From a virus (taxonomy: Duplodnaviria; Caudoviricetes): a stretch of DNA of 27,903 bases. The notes beneath the pieces are model-generated. The model was not told where the DNA came from, did not search any database, and saw only the letters and a program-made list of their open reading frames with translations. The DNA lies in the IMG/VR virus record IMGVR_UViG_3300009158_003015, positions 1 through 27,903 of that record; one strand, 5' to 3'. The position numbers were made by a program, and so were the translations under genes. Positions 13,392-22,809 of the stretch are shown here, one piece after another. Within the stretch, counting starts at the first letter, position 1, and each line of letters starts with the position of its first letter.

Positions 13392-14465
13392 TCAAAAAGG
13401 CGGGGCAATTGTAACTTGTCCAGATGGAATCGGATCACCTTGCTCGTCGTAATCACGACCGGATTGATAACCCAACTCACGAATGGCGATATCTAGAATC
13501 TGATGCACGGAAAGATCGTAACCTTTCATGCGGCTCTGAATCTGTTTAACAGTAGGGTATTCTCCAATTGAGTGTTTGGTGTCGATGTAGTCGCGAATCT
13601 TCAAATTAATAAAGTCGTTTTCGACTTCATCGCTAGAAGACTCTTGGCTCTCTGCTTCGCATTCAGGATCGCATTCAGGATCGTCATTACTGTGAACAGC
13701 ATCGGGAATCTCTTTGCGCTCGGCAGTAATGTCGCTTAGAACCAAATACTTAGAGACGCGGAGTTTCTGGTAACTGCAATCAGTCGGCACGCTAACAGCG
13801 TCAGCAGGGTCAACCTCAACCACAAGGAGACGCCCATCGGGGCCAGCCCAACTATTCGCATAGTCGTAGCTGCCAACGTGCAGACCAAAAGAGCAGTGGT
13901 TGTCCTTGTTGTCGTCAACACAGCGGCGAGCAACTTCAATCGTTTCGCCAACACCGTTGTAGATAGTGCCATGAGGACCAGTAGCCCCACGAATAACAAC
14001 CGTGTCTTTGTTGCCGCTCTTCGAATAAAAATCATTATTTACTCCCTTGTAGGCAAGGAACTTTCCATCAGGAGTGATCGGCAGATTCTTGTACGAAAGA
14101 AAGTTGTAGAGTTCGTCCACTGAATTCGCAGAAGGGTTGTCCATAAGTCGATCAATGAAGTTGAGCAAAGGCTGCGCGTCTTTCGCTCCCTCCTTGAGAA
14201 TTGCGAACAGCTTATCCACAACAACGCCGTGGAGCACCACACCGTTATGGAATAGCTGACCGTCGTAAATGTCGAAAGCTCCAAAAGTCATGCTCTTGAT
14301 ATGGCTCTCCATTGAGACGAGAGAGGGAATGAGATCGTATTGAGCGTCAAGGATTGCTTGGCGCAAGGATGAGAAGTTCGCGTGCGAACTGTCAACGGTG
14401 TGAGGCTGACCATCAACGAAAACGGTGATGGAATTGTCGCGCATGATGTACGGTGGTTTGTTCAT
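13392..14465 (-). CDS. rIIB: rIIB-like protein
   Basis: NPSANSVDELYNFL..LPITPDGKFLAYKGV..CSFGLHVGS..VDPADAVSVPTD..KLRVSKY; follows rIIA. Confidence 0.85.
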   Translation of the reverse strand: MNKPPYIMRDNSITVFVDGQPHTVDSSHANFSSLRQAILDAQYDLIPSLVSMESHIKSMTFGAFDIYDGQLFHNGVVLHGVVVDKLFAILKEGAKDAQPLLNFIDRLMDNPSANSVDELYNFLSYKNLPITPDGKFLAYKGVNNDFYSKSGNKDTVVIRGATGPHGTIYNGVGETIEVARRCVDDNKDNHCSFGLHVGSYDYANSWAGPDGRLLVVEVDPADAVSVPTDCSYQKLRVSKYLVLSDITAERKEIPDAVHSNDDPECDPECEAESQESSSDEVENDFINLKIRDYIDTKHSIGEYPTVKQIQSRMKGYDLSVHQILDIAIRELGYQSGRDYDEQGDPIPSGQVTIAPPF

Positions 14466-14487
14466 AACGATTTTGTATTATTGTGAT

Positions 14488-16599
14488 TTAAGAATTACGA
14501 TTATCAACTAAATTAATGTAGTCAAGGGCTAATTTGTTCATAGCGTGATCGCCATAAGAATTATAACGACCTTCGAACAGTGCAAACATCATGGGGTAGG
14601 ATTGTTTGATTGTCAATGCTTCTTTGTTGATTTTTTCAAGAATTTTTGTGTCGATAGGGGTAGTAACGCTGTCGTTTATGTACTTGTGGGAGAAAAGGCT
14701 CAATATCTCAAATTCCTTTTTCTGTTCTTTGGAAAAGCCGTGATGATCCGCATCTTCATTAACGTTCCAAGCGTCGAAATAAACTGAAATGGGGTGATTG
14801 TCGGGCAGGAGCTTTCTAACGTATTCTCCCCAATAAGCTATTGTTGGCAAAGCACTCCGGCGAATCTGCTTCTCTTCCTTGAGATTTAAAATTAATTTAA
14901 ATTGAGCAATCGCAGCTTTGTACTTTACCATGAAAGCGTCGCCCAAATTAATAGCATGGGCAGGAATATCAGTTTTGTCTAAGATAGCGTAAACGTTATC
15001 GTACTTCAAGCCAAGATGCGTTGCAATCGGCAAAATGTTCCTAAAGTCGGTTACGTTAAACTGCTTCAAGTCGCCAAAGATAAGGTCGTAAGAACTGCCT
15101 CCAAGGTGCTTTACGTCAACATAATAAAAAGGATCAGTGGGCGTAGGAACCTTTTCCTTTAAGTTATAATGGTAGGTTGAACTGCAAAAGATTTTTCTTA
15201 CACTGCCGAATTTTTTACTGTTGATTGAAATGGGAGTTAGTTTAGAGGCAAGGTGAATGCGGTCATAAGAGTTATGCTTGTAAAGCAATTTGCTTTCCGC
15301 ATCAGCCAGAGAAACTACATAAATTACCTCTTCGATCTTCTTGGCGATCATTAAGCCATTAACGCGACTTTTAATATCCTTAACGTTATCATTGATAACG
15401 ATATGGCACGAACCACCAGTGTAAAAGAAATTGGGCTCAATAGTCTTTGGAGTAAGCTTCGATTCTTTTGACAATCGCACAAGATTGCCAGTGTTGCGAG
15501 ACTTTCTGTAAGTGGCTAAAGGAACAACGGGATTATTGTCGATTTTAATTACATTTTTATTCGCGTCTGTGAACGAAAAATCTAAATCAGCGCATAGCGA
15601 TCCGATATCAACTGTAGAATCAAAAGAATGAAGTTTAGCAAAAAACTTTTGGGAGTCGGAAATTGAATCAATTTCTTTCTGCATCTGCGCTTTGGTTTCG
15701 GTTGCGAGTTTAGCGATAGCGCGAGCAATAAAATTCTTGGTCTGGCTGTTGTACTCTAGATTCTCGCGAGAGTGGTGCAACGCAACTGACCCAACCGGAA
15801 AGAAAAAGACCAAGAACGAGGAAATGGAAGAATTTTCAAAAGCCTTGTAAGTCTTTGACTTCGCAAAAGCGTCGTTGTTCAGATTGTCGAGGTTAAGCGG
15901 GTAAGAGATGCCCCCCATAACAATGGTAGGCGTGTGAGACATACTTTTCAGAACTCCCCAATCATCGTTCTTAATAACCCATTGTGGAACATCACGAGAA
16001 AAATGTTTGCAGACAAACTCTTCGTTTGAAAAACGAAGCACATTTTTAATCTCTTTCTCGAAAGAGGCGATGTCTTGGCTTTTGACCGCAACGCAAACTT
16101 CAAGACCGCTTGGCTCGGAAGCCGCAGTTTCGGATAGTTTGGTGAAACGAGTATCGCCGCCCTCATCAACGTAAACCGAGATAACGATTTCAGTCCCATC
16201 GTGACGGGACGTGACCGTAAACGAATCAGTGTACGATAGCGGAGCAAAGCGACCAATACCGAAACCGCCGATTGAAGCGTTGTCGCCGCGTTTGGTAGAG
16301 CGACCATACTTGGTATAAAGACCAAAGAGGTCAATCTCTGAAAGACCCGCGCCAAAGTCGCGCACAACGAAAGTGGGACTCAAGCGAGTCGGTGCGGTGA
16401 TTTGAACGTGACTGGAAGAACCCTTGTTCGCGTCAACCGCATTGGCGATAGTTTCGCGTGCGGTTGCCAAGATAACATTAGAGTAGTTATTCCTCAGAAG
16501 CGAAGAGATGTAGCGCATCTCATTCGCATCAATGGTCGCGATTTCAGATTTGAAATCGTGGGATTCAACAACGTTTCGCTGGATGGATTTGATAATCAT
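14488..16599 (-). CDS. rIIA: rIIA-like protein (GHKL/HATPase N-terminus)
   Basis: RETIANAVDA..VRDFGAGL..YGRSTK..IGGFGIG GHKL motifs, then SRENLEY; start set to MIIKSIQ (16599). Confidence 0.85.
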   Translation of the reverse strand: MIIKSIQRNVVESHDFKSEIATIDANEMRYISSLLRNNYSNVILATARETIANAVDANKGSSSHVQITAPTRLSPTFVVRDFGAGLSEIDLFGLYTKYGRSTKRGDNASIGGFGIGRFAPLSYTDSFTVTSRHDGTEIVISVYVDEGGDTRFTKLSETAASEPSGLEVCVAVKSQDIASFEKEIKNVLRFSNEEFVCKHFSRDVPQWVIKNDDWGVLKSMSHTPTIVMGGISYPLNLDNLNNDAFAKSKTYKAFENSSISSFLVFFFPVGSVALHHSRENLEYNSQTKNFIARAIAKLATETKAQMQKEIDSISDSQKFFAKLHSFDSTVDIGSLCADLDFSFTDANKNVIKIDNNPVVPLATYRKSRNTGNLVRLSKESKLTPKTIEPNFFYTGGSCHIVINDNVKDIKSRVNGLMIAKKIEEVIYVVSLADAESKLLYKHNSYDRIHLASKLTPISINSKKFGSVRKIFCSSTYHYNLKEKVPTPTDPFYYVDVKHLGGSSYDLIFGDLKQFNVTDFRNILPIATHLGLKYDNVYAILDKTDIPAHAINLGDAFMVKYKAAIAQFKLILNLKEEKQIRRSALPTIAYWGEYVRKLLPDNHPISVYFDAWNVNEDADHHGFSKEQKKEFEILSLFSHKYINDSVTTPIDTKILEKINKEALTIKQSYPMMFALFEGRYNSYGDHAMNKLALDYINLVDNRNS

Positions 16600-16625
16600 G
16601 TGGGCAATTTGGTTTACAGGCAAAG

Positions 16626-16652
16626 AAGATCACGAAGGCTAAGGCTTGTCAA
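16626..16652 (-). promoter_or_regulatory. Possible sigma70-like promoter for rIIA
   Basis: Perfect TTGACA, but the -10 (GATCTT at 15 nt spacing) is weak. Confidence 0.35.
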
Positions 16653-16884
16653 CTATTTTTCCAAAGTTTTTTTCAACAATTTCTAAAGTAGCGTCCTGCA
16701 ACCACTTAAACTGCTGCGGCGAAATGTCCTTTGCCGAGAGAGAAAACTCTCGGGAGGAAGAGAAAGTGGTGATGTTGAACTCTGCCGAGCATTTGAACTC
16801 TTTCAAAAAATTAGCGTTCAAAATCTCGTAGAGCTTGTAAATTTCTTTTACGTTAGTTGAGGAAAACAAAAGGGTGCTTTTCAT
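16639..16884 (-). CDS. Hypothetical protein
   Basis: 81 aa; tiles in the operon. Confidence 0.6.
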   Translation of the reverse strand: MKSTLLFSSTNVKEIYKLYEILNANFLKEFKCSAEFNITTFSSSREFSLSAKDISPQQFKWLQDATLEIVEKNFGKIVDKP

Positions 16885-16896
16885 TTTTTAATTAAT

Positions 16897-17232
16897 TTAA
16901 ATTGAATGGGACTGTTTGAACAACTCCACGAAACGAAACCTCTTAAACAAGTGAATCCAAATCTTTCCGTGTTCTTGAATATACGCATCATCGTAGCCCT
17001 CGGACGCAAGGTGAGAAGCGAGATTTTCGTTAAAGATTAAATATTCTGGGCGGTTTTTCGCGAAATTAGGAACAATGCATCCCATCAGATTATCTGAAAG
17101 AATTTTATATCCAGTTAGCTTCGTGGAAAGATTATCCTTTGTTATTTCCATGTCTTCCACGGAAAACTTGATGCCGACTTTATTAAGGTCAGTGATAATT
17201 TGATCTCTAACTTTATTGATTTTTGTTTGCAT
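16897..17232 (-). CDS. Hypothetical protein
   Basis: Start set to MQTKINK (17232), with a short overlap of the uvsE 3' end. Confidence 0.6.
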   Translation of the reverse strand: MQTKINKVRDQIITDLNKVGIKFSVEDMEITKDNLSTKLTGYKILSDNLMGCIVPNFAKNRPEYLIFNENLASHLASEGYDDAYIQEHGKIWIHLFKRFRFVELFKQSHSI

Positions 17233-18118
17233 TATTGAGAATGTGGTAAACTGCATGGTCTTTACCCTTGAGTTCTACGTCGAAGAACACAGGCTTACCG
17301 TAACTGTTTGGCGAATTAAGAGGCATCATAGCGTGTTTGCGCGTGTTGTCAATGCCTTCTGAGTAATGAAACAAAGGAATTGTGGGCCAAGTAGAGTAAG
17401 CTAGGTGAAAATCTGCTGAGTCGCTGTTGCCGTGATTGCAGAATTTGCAGTGAAGAGAATCGTAGGTAACGGGAATGCCTGCGGGAACAAAGAAATATTT
17501 GTGCAAATTAGATACGGACCAAGTGCCGTTAACGTTGTCGTTAACCTCTAGCACAAGACGAGACTGGACATTCTTTGGCAAACGATTAAAGTTAGAAAGG
17601 AAACGAGCAGAGATTTCGGCAGGATCACCGTCTTGGCGGCAGTGAATGTTGAGCGGAGAGCGGTAATCGAGCGGCAAGCCAAGCAAGTCGAAAAGCTCGG
17701 CATGAGAGGTAAGGTCACGAATGCTGTTGGCAACTGCGGTTTCGTTAGTGCTGGTGAGAGTAATGAACTCTGAAGGGTGCGCGGAAACACGCACGCCAGT
17801 GCGCTTAATAGTAGCGGCCACAGTGTCGAGAGCAGCGCGAATGTCGGTCCAGTTGGGCAACTGGTCAAGGCGAAGATTAACGTCGGGGTGGTCAATTACG
17901 GGAGTGAGGCTTGACGATAAACGGTAGCCAGCAATGCCAGTGTCAGCGCAATGCTGAATGATACGGTTAGTAACAACAAAGTTGTTAAGAATGCGCTCGC
18001 TAAGAATGCGAACAGCGTCGATTCGCGGCAGAGCAGCGAAACGAGTGTAAGTCATAGTTTGGAACTTTAGGCCGCGTTCCGCAAGGACGTTAGAGATGCA
18101 ACAGAGAGCAAGGTTCAT
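17213..18118 (-). CDS. uvsE: UV DNA damage endonuclease UvsE/UVDE
   Basis: YRLSSSL.P..RVSAHPSEF..LNIH..RLVLEVND..VTYDSLH..FHYSE..RKHA..ELKGKD motifs. Confidence 0.9.
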   Translation of the reverse strand: MNLALCCISNVLAERGLKFQTMTYTRFAALPRIDAVRILSERILNNFVVTNRIIQHCADTGIAGYRLSSSLTPVIDHPDVNLRLDQLPNWTDIRAALDTVAATIKRTGVRVSAHPSEFITLTSTNETAVANSIRDLTSHAELFDLLGLPLDYRSPLNIHCRQDGDPAEISARFLSNFNRLPKNVQSRLVLEVNDNVNGTWSVSNLHKYFFVPAGIPVTYDSLHCKFCNHGNSDSADFHLAYSTWPTIPLFHYSEGIDNTRKHAMMPLNSPNSYGKPVFFDVELKGKDHAVYHILNNANKNQ

Positions 18119-18123
18119 AGAAT

Positions 18124-18291
18124 TTATTTTCCCTTTTTCTTTTGTCGCGTCAAGCGTTTTGTAGCAGTTTTTTTGATTTTTTCTGGGTACGTTAACCTAA
18201 TCAACTCGCAAATTTGAATCAGCTCGCCATTATGAGTGGTGTACTGCTCTTGAGGTAAGCTATTTAAGAATTCAAAGGAATCGACGTTCAT
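18124..18291 (-). CDS. Small hypothetical protein (55 aa, basic C-terminus)
   Basis: Below the ORF-track cutoff; MNVDSFEFLNSLPQEQYTTHNGELIQICELIRLTYPEKIKKTATKRLTRQKKKGK fills the gap. Confidence 0.55.
   Translation of the reverse strand: MNVDSFEFLNSLPQEQYTTHNGELIQICELIRLTYPEKIKKTATKRLTRQKKKGK
18126..18153 (-). promoter_or_regulatory. sigma70-like promoter for uvsE, probably leaderless
   Basis: TTGACG-16nt-GAAAAT, then 7 nt to ATG 18118. Confidence 0.5.
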
Positions 18292-18303
18292 TTAAAATGA
18301 ATT

Positions 18304-18762
18304 TTATTCTTTATGAACGAGATCAAGAAGACCAATCTCAATCAAACGTTTATTTTTAGCTTCGACGTATGCTTTGCGAGCTTCTTCTGGAGAATTAAAA
18401 CTACCGAGGTGAATACGTTTCCCGTTTATGCGAATCTGGGATCGGTATTGTTTGCACTGCGAGTCCCAATAATACCCTTTTGAATTTATTACTTTTTCAG
18501 AATTATTAGCGTTCGACGAATAGGATACTAATCTCAAATTTTCTCTACGATTGTCTAGTTTATTCCTATTGATATGATCTATTTGGAATCCACTGCCCTG
18601 TTTTGAAGCCAAACCGATTCTTTCTCCAATTATTCTATGCATATGTTTTTTAATGTGTTGGCTGAAAGAAATTATAGCATAACCTTGAAGAACATAAAAT
18701 CCACGTTGACGCAAATCTTCATCTTCTGGCGACAATAATACTTGTGATTTATCCGGTTTCAT
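18304..18762 (-). CDS. HNH-AP2 homing endonuclease
   Basis: MHRII..IDHINRNKLDNRRENLRLV plus AP2-like YRSQIRINGKRIHLGSF..EEARKAY. Confidence 0.88.
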   Translation of the reverse strand: MKPDKSQVLLSPEDEDLRQRGFYVLQGYAIISFSQHIKKHMHRIIGERIGLASKQGSGFQIDHINRNKLDNRRENLRLVSYSSNANNSEKVINSKGYYWDSQCKQYRSQIRINGKRIHLGSFNSPEEARKAYVEAKNKRLIEIGLLDLVHKE

Positions 18763-18764
18763 TT

Positions 18765-19016
18765 TTAAATATTAATTATTGTTACGCTCACTGAGTCGCC
18801 GCACGTTCCGCACTTTGGGCCAACGTCATAAGAATCGTATTGAAAATGCTCAATGATTCCTTCAAAGCCGAGATGATTATCAAGAATTTGTTTTTTAGCT
18901 GCGGCCAAAACATGATCAATAACTTTTTCTTTTTCTTCTGTGGTCATTTCCGCGTATTGCTTACCATCTACGGTAAAGTTATAAGCTGTGCAGCCTTGAG
19001 TGATTTCAAATTTCAT
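18765..19016 (-). CDS. Hypothetical protein (C-terminal CGTCGD)
   Basis: 83 aa; tiles in the operon. Confidence 0.65.
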   Translation of the reverse strand: MKFEITQGCTAYNFTVDGKQYAEMTTEEKEKVIDHVLAAAKKQILDNHLGFEGIIEHFQYDSYDVGPKCGTCGDSVSVTIINI

Positions 19017-19018
19017 AT

Positions 19019-19507
19019 TTATTTGCAGTTAAGTTGTTCGATTTTGATGTTGTAACAATTAGATGGGAATTTGTATTTGTCTCCTCTGGGGTCAGGGTCA
19101 ACTTCATCTTTCTTGAAAAATGTAGCTTTATTAAAGAAATTTTGTTTACTGATGTAGCCTAGAATCCAGCCACGGCTATAGTCGCCAAAAACACTGGTAA
19201 ACAAATAGTAATCGCATTTCTGATTTACGTTGTACTCTTTAACTGTGCAGTTGTACCAAGGTTGAGGCTCAACATTGCGCTCTTTAGATTTAATTTCAAA
19301 TAAATATAACTTCGGCGAAATCCAATCGAAATCGTAACTAATATCAGATGCGATGCGCCCGCCCCAAGTCTTTTGAACCATAAGATCGCTAAGTGCAGCT
19401 ATTTTACTGCCATGCCCTTGCGTATCAGAATTTTTAAGAAGCGGAACCTCAGAAGCTCGGTGAATAGCTTCTTCGATCATTTCTTTATTTATTTCGACTT
19501 CAATCAT
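19019..19507 (-). CDS. Putative PD-(D/E)xK-fold nuclease-like protein
   Basis: YDFD..FEIKSK..CDYYLF..GWILGYI pattern. Confidence 0.5.
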   Translation of the reverse strand: MIEVEINKEMIEEAIHRASEVPLLKNSDTQGHGSKIAALSDLMVQKTWGGRIASDISYDFDWISPKLYLFEIKSKERNVEPQPWYNCTVKEYNVNQKCDYYLFTSVFGDYSRGWILGYISKQNFFNKATFFKKDEVDPDPRGDKYKFPSNCYNIKIEQLNCK

Positions 19508-20154
19508 TCTTTTTTGAATTGGTAAAAGTAATCCCAGTTATCATTTGCTATCCACTTGCCCTGCCCTTCGCAAGTGAATTCCTGAGTGAATACTTGCCAG
19601 TCCGGTTTGTCAAGCTTCTTTGAAATAAAAGCTCCACCATCTTTCCATAAAACTCTATTATTCGGCTGTAAAAATAATTGATTTACAGGTTTGCCATCTT
19701 TGTCTTTTACGCCCCAAATTACATGACCGCACTTATGGCCCCCAGCCATTTCGGAATAACCGTAAGAAGCGTCTGGGTTATCGCGCCAATCAATGGTGAA
19801 AAGATATTTGCCTTCAACCCATTCATGATTCTTTAATTGTATGTCAACTCTAGCATTCTTATGATACTCCCATCGGGTAACTGAAATATCGTAAGAGAAG
19901 CAGTCCCATAATTGCAGCCAATCTAGGGGCAAATCAGAATGCTCCGGTTCGTTTACTAAATAATGGATCGGTACGCGATCATGTCGCGAGCCAAACTCAG
20001 TCATCACTTGAAAGGTCAAACACCTTCTCGTTAAACTAGTAACCCCAAACACTTCGCATAAAACATATTCGGTTTTGTCGTTTTTGTTATTGTAAAGAAA
20101 ATCACTTTTCAAGTAAGCTGCGAAAACTGGGATATTCGCGTTAAGATGAGGCAT
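19504..20154 (-). CDS. Conserved phage hypothetical protein (LWDCFSY..HK..H..QPNNR type)
   Basis: LNANIP..LQLWDCFSY..YLFTIDW..HKCGH..QPNNRVLW motifs. Confidence 0.75.
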   Translation of the reverse strand: MPHLNANIPVFAAYLKSDFLYNNKNDKTEYVLCEVFGVTSLTRRCLTFQVMTEFGSRHDRVPIHYLVNEPEHSDLPLDWLQLWDCFSYDISVTRWEYHKNARVDIQLKNHEWVEGKYLFTIDWRDNPDASYGYSEMAGGHKCGHVIWGVKDKDGKPVNQLFLQPNNRVLWKDGGAFISKKLDKPDWQVFTQEFTCEGQGKWIANDNWDYFYQFKKE

Positions 20155-20169
20155 TGGATTTTGTAAAAA

Positions 20170-20385
20170 CTATTCTATTAAATAGTCTTGTTCGTCGTTA
20201 GTCTCGTAGAAAAATTCATCGAACTGCTCGTCAATTGAGCGAGCGTTTTTGATATCAGAGTGCCGTCTATTATTTTCGCAATAACTACAGGAACCATGAT
20301 TCCTGCAAGTGCGATCAAACCTTTTTGACCCTTGATACTCTTTTCTTTTTTCCTTGCCGTGTTTGATTGCTTTGTCTAGTGACAT
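20170..20385 (-). CDS. Small phage protein (CRNHGSCSYC motif)
   Basis: Start set to MSLDKAIKHGKEKRK (20385); Cys/His cluster. Confidence 0.7.
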   Translation of the reverse strand: MSLDKAIKHGKEKRKEYQGSKRFDRTCRNHGSCSYCENNRRHSDIKNARSIDEQFDEFFYETNDEQDYLIE

Positions 20386-20998
20386 TTTTATTATTAATAA
20401 ATTCTTGCATACTCTCAACAGTCATCATGTCGAGCTTTGTGGTGATGTGCGTGTAAAATTCAGGAAAATTTTCCTTCAACATTGATAGATTATTTAAAGC
20501 TGAAAACATTGATGGCCGATTAAATGATTGGTAAAGCATTTTTATAGAAGCTTCGTCCCCTTCCATCACCGATTCTCTTAAAGCTGGAGAGATGAAATAG
20601 CCCGCCAAACATTCTGTCAAGCTTTTAGCGATCATCATTGATGAGAGTTGATAAGATTCCTCCTTGGAGCAGAGGATTTCTATGGGAACGTTCCAACAAG
20701 TCAAAAGCTCATCTTTGTAAGAAATTTGTATTTTAATATTTTTATCAACAAAGTTTTGCCAAACCACTTCGCCAAGTAGCGGCCCACAAACAGAAAAAAA
20801 GTTTTCTATTTTTTCCCGAGAGTCGGGGGGTACTTGCGAAAACACATCTCCTTTATTTGCCGCTCTCCTGGTTATGTCTACGATAGCTTTTTTGTAATTA
20901 GTTTTCGTCAACTTGAATCCAACAATAGCTTCCATTTCGCATTTAACTTTAGTAATTTCTTCAAAAACTTTATCTTCCTGTTCTTTTGTTGTCATCAT
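20315..20998 (-). CDS. Hypothetical protein
   Basis: Start set to MMTTKEQ (20998), ATGA overlap with ORF 20995..21228. Confidence 0.65.
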   Translation of the reverse strand: MMTTKEQEDKVFEEITKVKCEMEAIVGFKLTKTNYKKAIVDITRRAANKGDVFSQVPPDSREKIENFFSVCGPLLGEVVWQNFVDKNIKIQISYKDELLTCWNVPIEILCSKEESYQLSSMMIAKSLTECLAGYFISPALRESVMEGDEASIKMLYQSFNRPSMFSALNNLSMLKENFPEFYTHITTKLDMMTVESMQEFINNKNVTRQSNQTRQGKKKRVSRVKKV

Positions 20999-21228
20999 AA
21001 TGTGTTTGCCCCCACAAGATTCGCCAAGTCTTTTTTTTCTATTTTTAATAGCCAACCGTTATCTGTTCCCCAATACTCGCAATCTGGGTCGATCAAGTCT
21101 TTTTGTTTGCTCCAGACGTTAAACGCTTGATCTTTATAAAGAAAGAAGGATTGAGATGTTACTCCGTAACGCGAATTATCCCCGATAACTTCAAACGTGC
21201 AAAGGGGTAGGTATTGATGTGGTTGCAT
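20995..21228 (-). CDS. Hypothetical protein
   Basis: 77 aa; tiles in the operon. Confidence 0.6.
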   Translation of the reverse strand: MQPHQYLPLCTFEVIGDNSRYGVTSQSFFLYKDQAFNVWSKQKDLIDPDCEYWGTDNGWLLKIEKKDLANLVGANTL

Positions 21229-21243
21229 TTGTATTTTTAATTT

Positions 21244-21519
21244 TTAAGAAATTGGTTTTAACTCAATTGATCCTCTGAACAAATAAGGGTCGCCACTGTA
21301 ATTGTAATTCAACCATCCACGAAATACAATCTTATCTTCGAGGAAATCGAATTCCGAAACCTCCATAAGAATCGGCTTCCCTAAATCGGCGCAATCAATA
21401 ACCACAAAATTATAAGGAGGCTTTTGGCTAACGACATTAGATATGTAAGTTTTTGTGAGGTTAACGCCAATTTTTTCGGCAGAAACGTTGGGAACAACGA
21501 AGCGAGTTGAAAATTTCAT
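21244..21519 (-). CDS. Hypothetical protein
   Basis: 91 aa; ATGA overlap with the glycosyltransferase. Confidence 0.65.
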   Translation of the reverse strand: MKFSTRFVVPNVSAEKIGVNLTKTYISNVVSQKPPYNFVVIDCADLGKPILMEVSEFDFLEDKIVFRGWLNYNYSGDPYLFRGSIELKPIS

Positions 21520-22508
21520 TTGATAAATTCTTTTATTTGGTTGATGGCGTTTGCTTTTTCAGCAACAGCTCTCGCAAAGAAAGTTTGTTGATACGCGAGA
21601 TTAGTTTGGAAGTCAAGAGAGTTTGCGTAATTAGCTACCCCATTTTTTATCGTTTCGTTGCTCATAACAAGACGATCTGGAATAACGTAGCCGCATTGCT
21701 TGATTGTATTAGAGCAGTCAGCGTCAAAAAGCATTACAACGTCAGACATTAGAGATTCGTAGAAACGATTAGCAAGAAAAGCGTAATGGTCGTGAGTATG
21801 CTGGTCTTCCATGTAAATGGAATATTTGAATTTGCGCAAATCCTCATTGTTCTTTTGCCATTCAAGTTTAGGGATAAAATCGCATTTGCAGCCAAGAGCT
21901 TCGAATTTTTTCCAATTTTTATTGGAGGCGGAAAGATGCACGCCTTCGGTCAAAAACTTCTTGAACGACTCGGCGCGCCACTTGCGATAAGTGCCATAAT
22001 AAATTACGTTATTCTTTTGAGAGTGGTCAACTGGAGTTCTGTTCTCGTCCATAATTAACGAGTTGAGGTTAACAGTTAACCATTTATTGATAAAATCATT
22101 AAGTTTCTTATTTGCAATGTTCTTGTTCAAAATCCAATGGCGGTAGCCTTCTCTGGGGTTATTGCAAATCATGTCGTAGCTCAAGCCCATGTTCTGAATA
22201 CCCCAACGCAAAAGCTGATTGTCCTCAACGTCGTGATCGTTTACCAACCAAATGTAGCGAGCCTTCGGGTTCTTTTCTAGAACTTGGCGATAAGGAACAT
22301 GAGGCATGTAAGGCGAAGCGTAGCAGCAGATGATAACATCATACTGTTTCTTCAGCACTTCTGGCAAAAAGTATTCGCCGTCAAGAAGGTCTGCGCCCAA
22401 AGCTTTCTTTAAGATAAGGCTGTTGCGACAGTGAACGATTGACGTATCGCTGTAGTCTTCCGCTAGAGGCTTTCGTTTGCTGGTCGCTTCAATTATTAGG
22501 ATGTTCAT
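21516..22508 (-). CDS. GT-B glycosyltransferase resembling T4 DNA beta-glucosyltransferase
   Basis: VIYYGTYR..ESFKKFL and EDQHTHDHY..NRFYESLMSDVVMLFD align by eye with recalled T4 BGT VIYGGSFR..ESKMVEFL and GDKNYNDNF..RVWETMASDAVMLID; YIWLVND corresponds to IYYLFTD. Confidence 0.65.
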   Translation of the reverse strand: MNILIIEATSKRKPLAEDYSDTSIVHCRNSLILKKALGADLLDGEYFLPEVLKKQYDVIICCYASPYMPHVPYRQVLEKNPKARYIWLVNDHDVEDNQLLRWGIQNMGLSYDMICNNPREGYRHWILNKNIANKKLNDFINKWLTVNLNSLIMDENRTPVDHSQKNNVIYYGTYRKWRAESFKKFLTEGVHLSASNKNWKKFEALGCKCDFIPKLEWQKNNEDLRKFKYSIYMEDQHTHDHYAFLANRFYESLMSDVVMLFDADCSNTIKQCGYVIPDRLVMSNETIKNGVANYANSLDFQTNLAYQQTFFARAVAEKANAINQIKEFIK

Positions 22509-22809
22509 TGTCTAGAGTTTTTAAATATTTAAGAAATTCGCGTTTAGCATGAGCCTCATCTGAGTGTGGGCCGTAGCAAGCATTCCTGTCTATGTTCCAG
22601 AAATACCAACCTTCGCCAGCCCAACCAGAGCGCTCAACATCGTTGTGGTCAAAGCGGTCGCATAGTATTTCAATAGAGTCGCACCAGCATTGGGTTTTGC
22701 CGGGCCGTACAATTTCTAAGCCACAATCCGCCCCAAGCTCGCACTTCAACCAAACATTGCCGAAACTATCGTCTAATTTATTTGGATCGTTCGAATTCAC
22801 CTTTTTCAT
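22489..22809 (-). CDS. Hypothetical two-module protein (Cys-rich N-terminus plus GWYFW..YGP)
   Basis: WLKC..CGLEIVRPGKTQCWCD, followed by GEGWYFW..CYGPH. Confidence 0.7.
   Translation of the reverse strand: MKKVNSNDPNKLDDSFGNVWLKCELGADCGLEIVRPGKTQCWCDSIEILCDRFDHNDVERSGWAGEGWYFWNIDRNACYGPHSDEAHAKREFLKYLKTLDNEHPNN

Noticed and set aside
13736-17927. Alternate-frame ORFs inside rIIB, rIIA and uvsE
   Set aside because: They overlap well-supported genes, carry no recognisable motifs, and are consistent with codon-bias artefacts.
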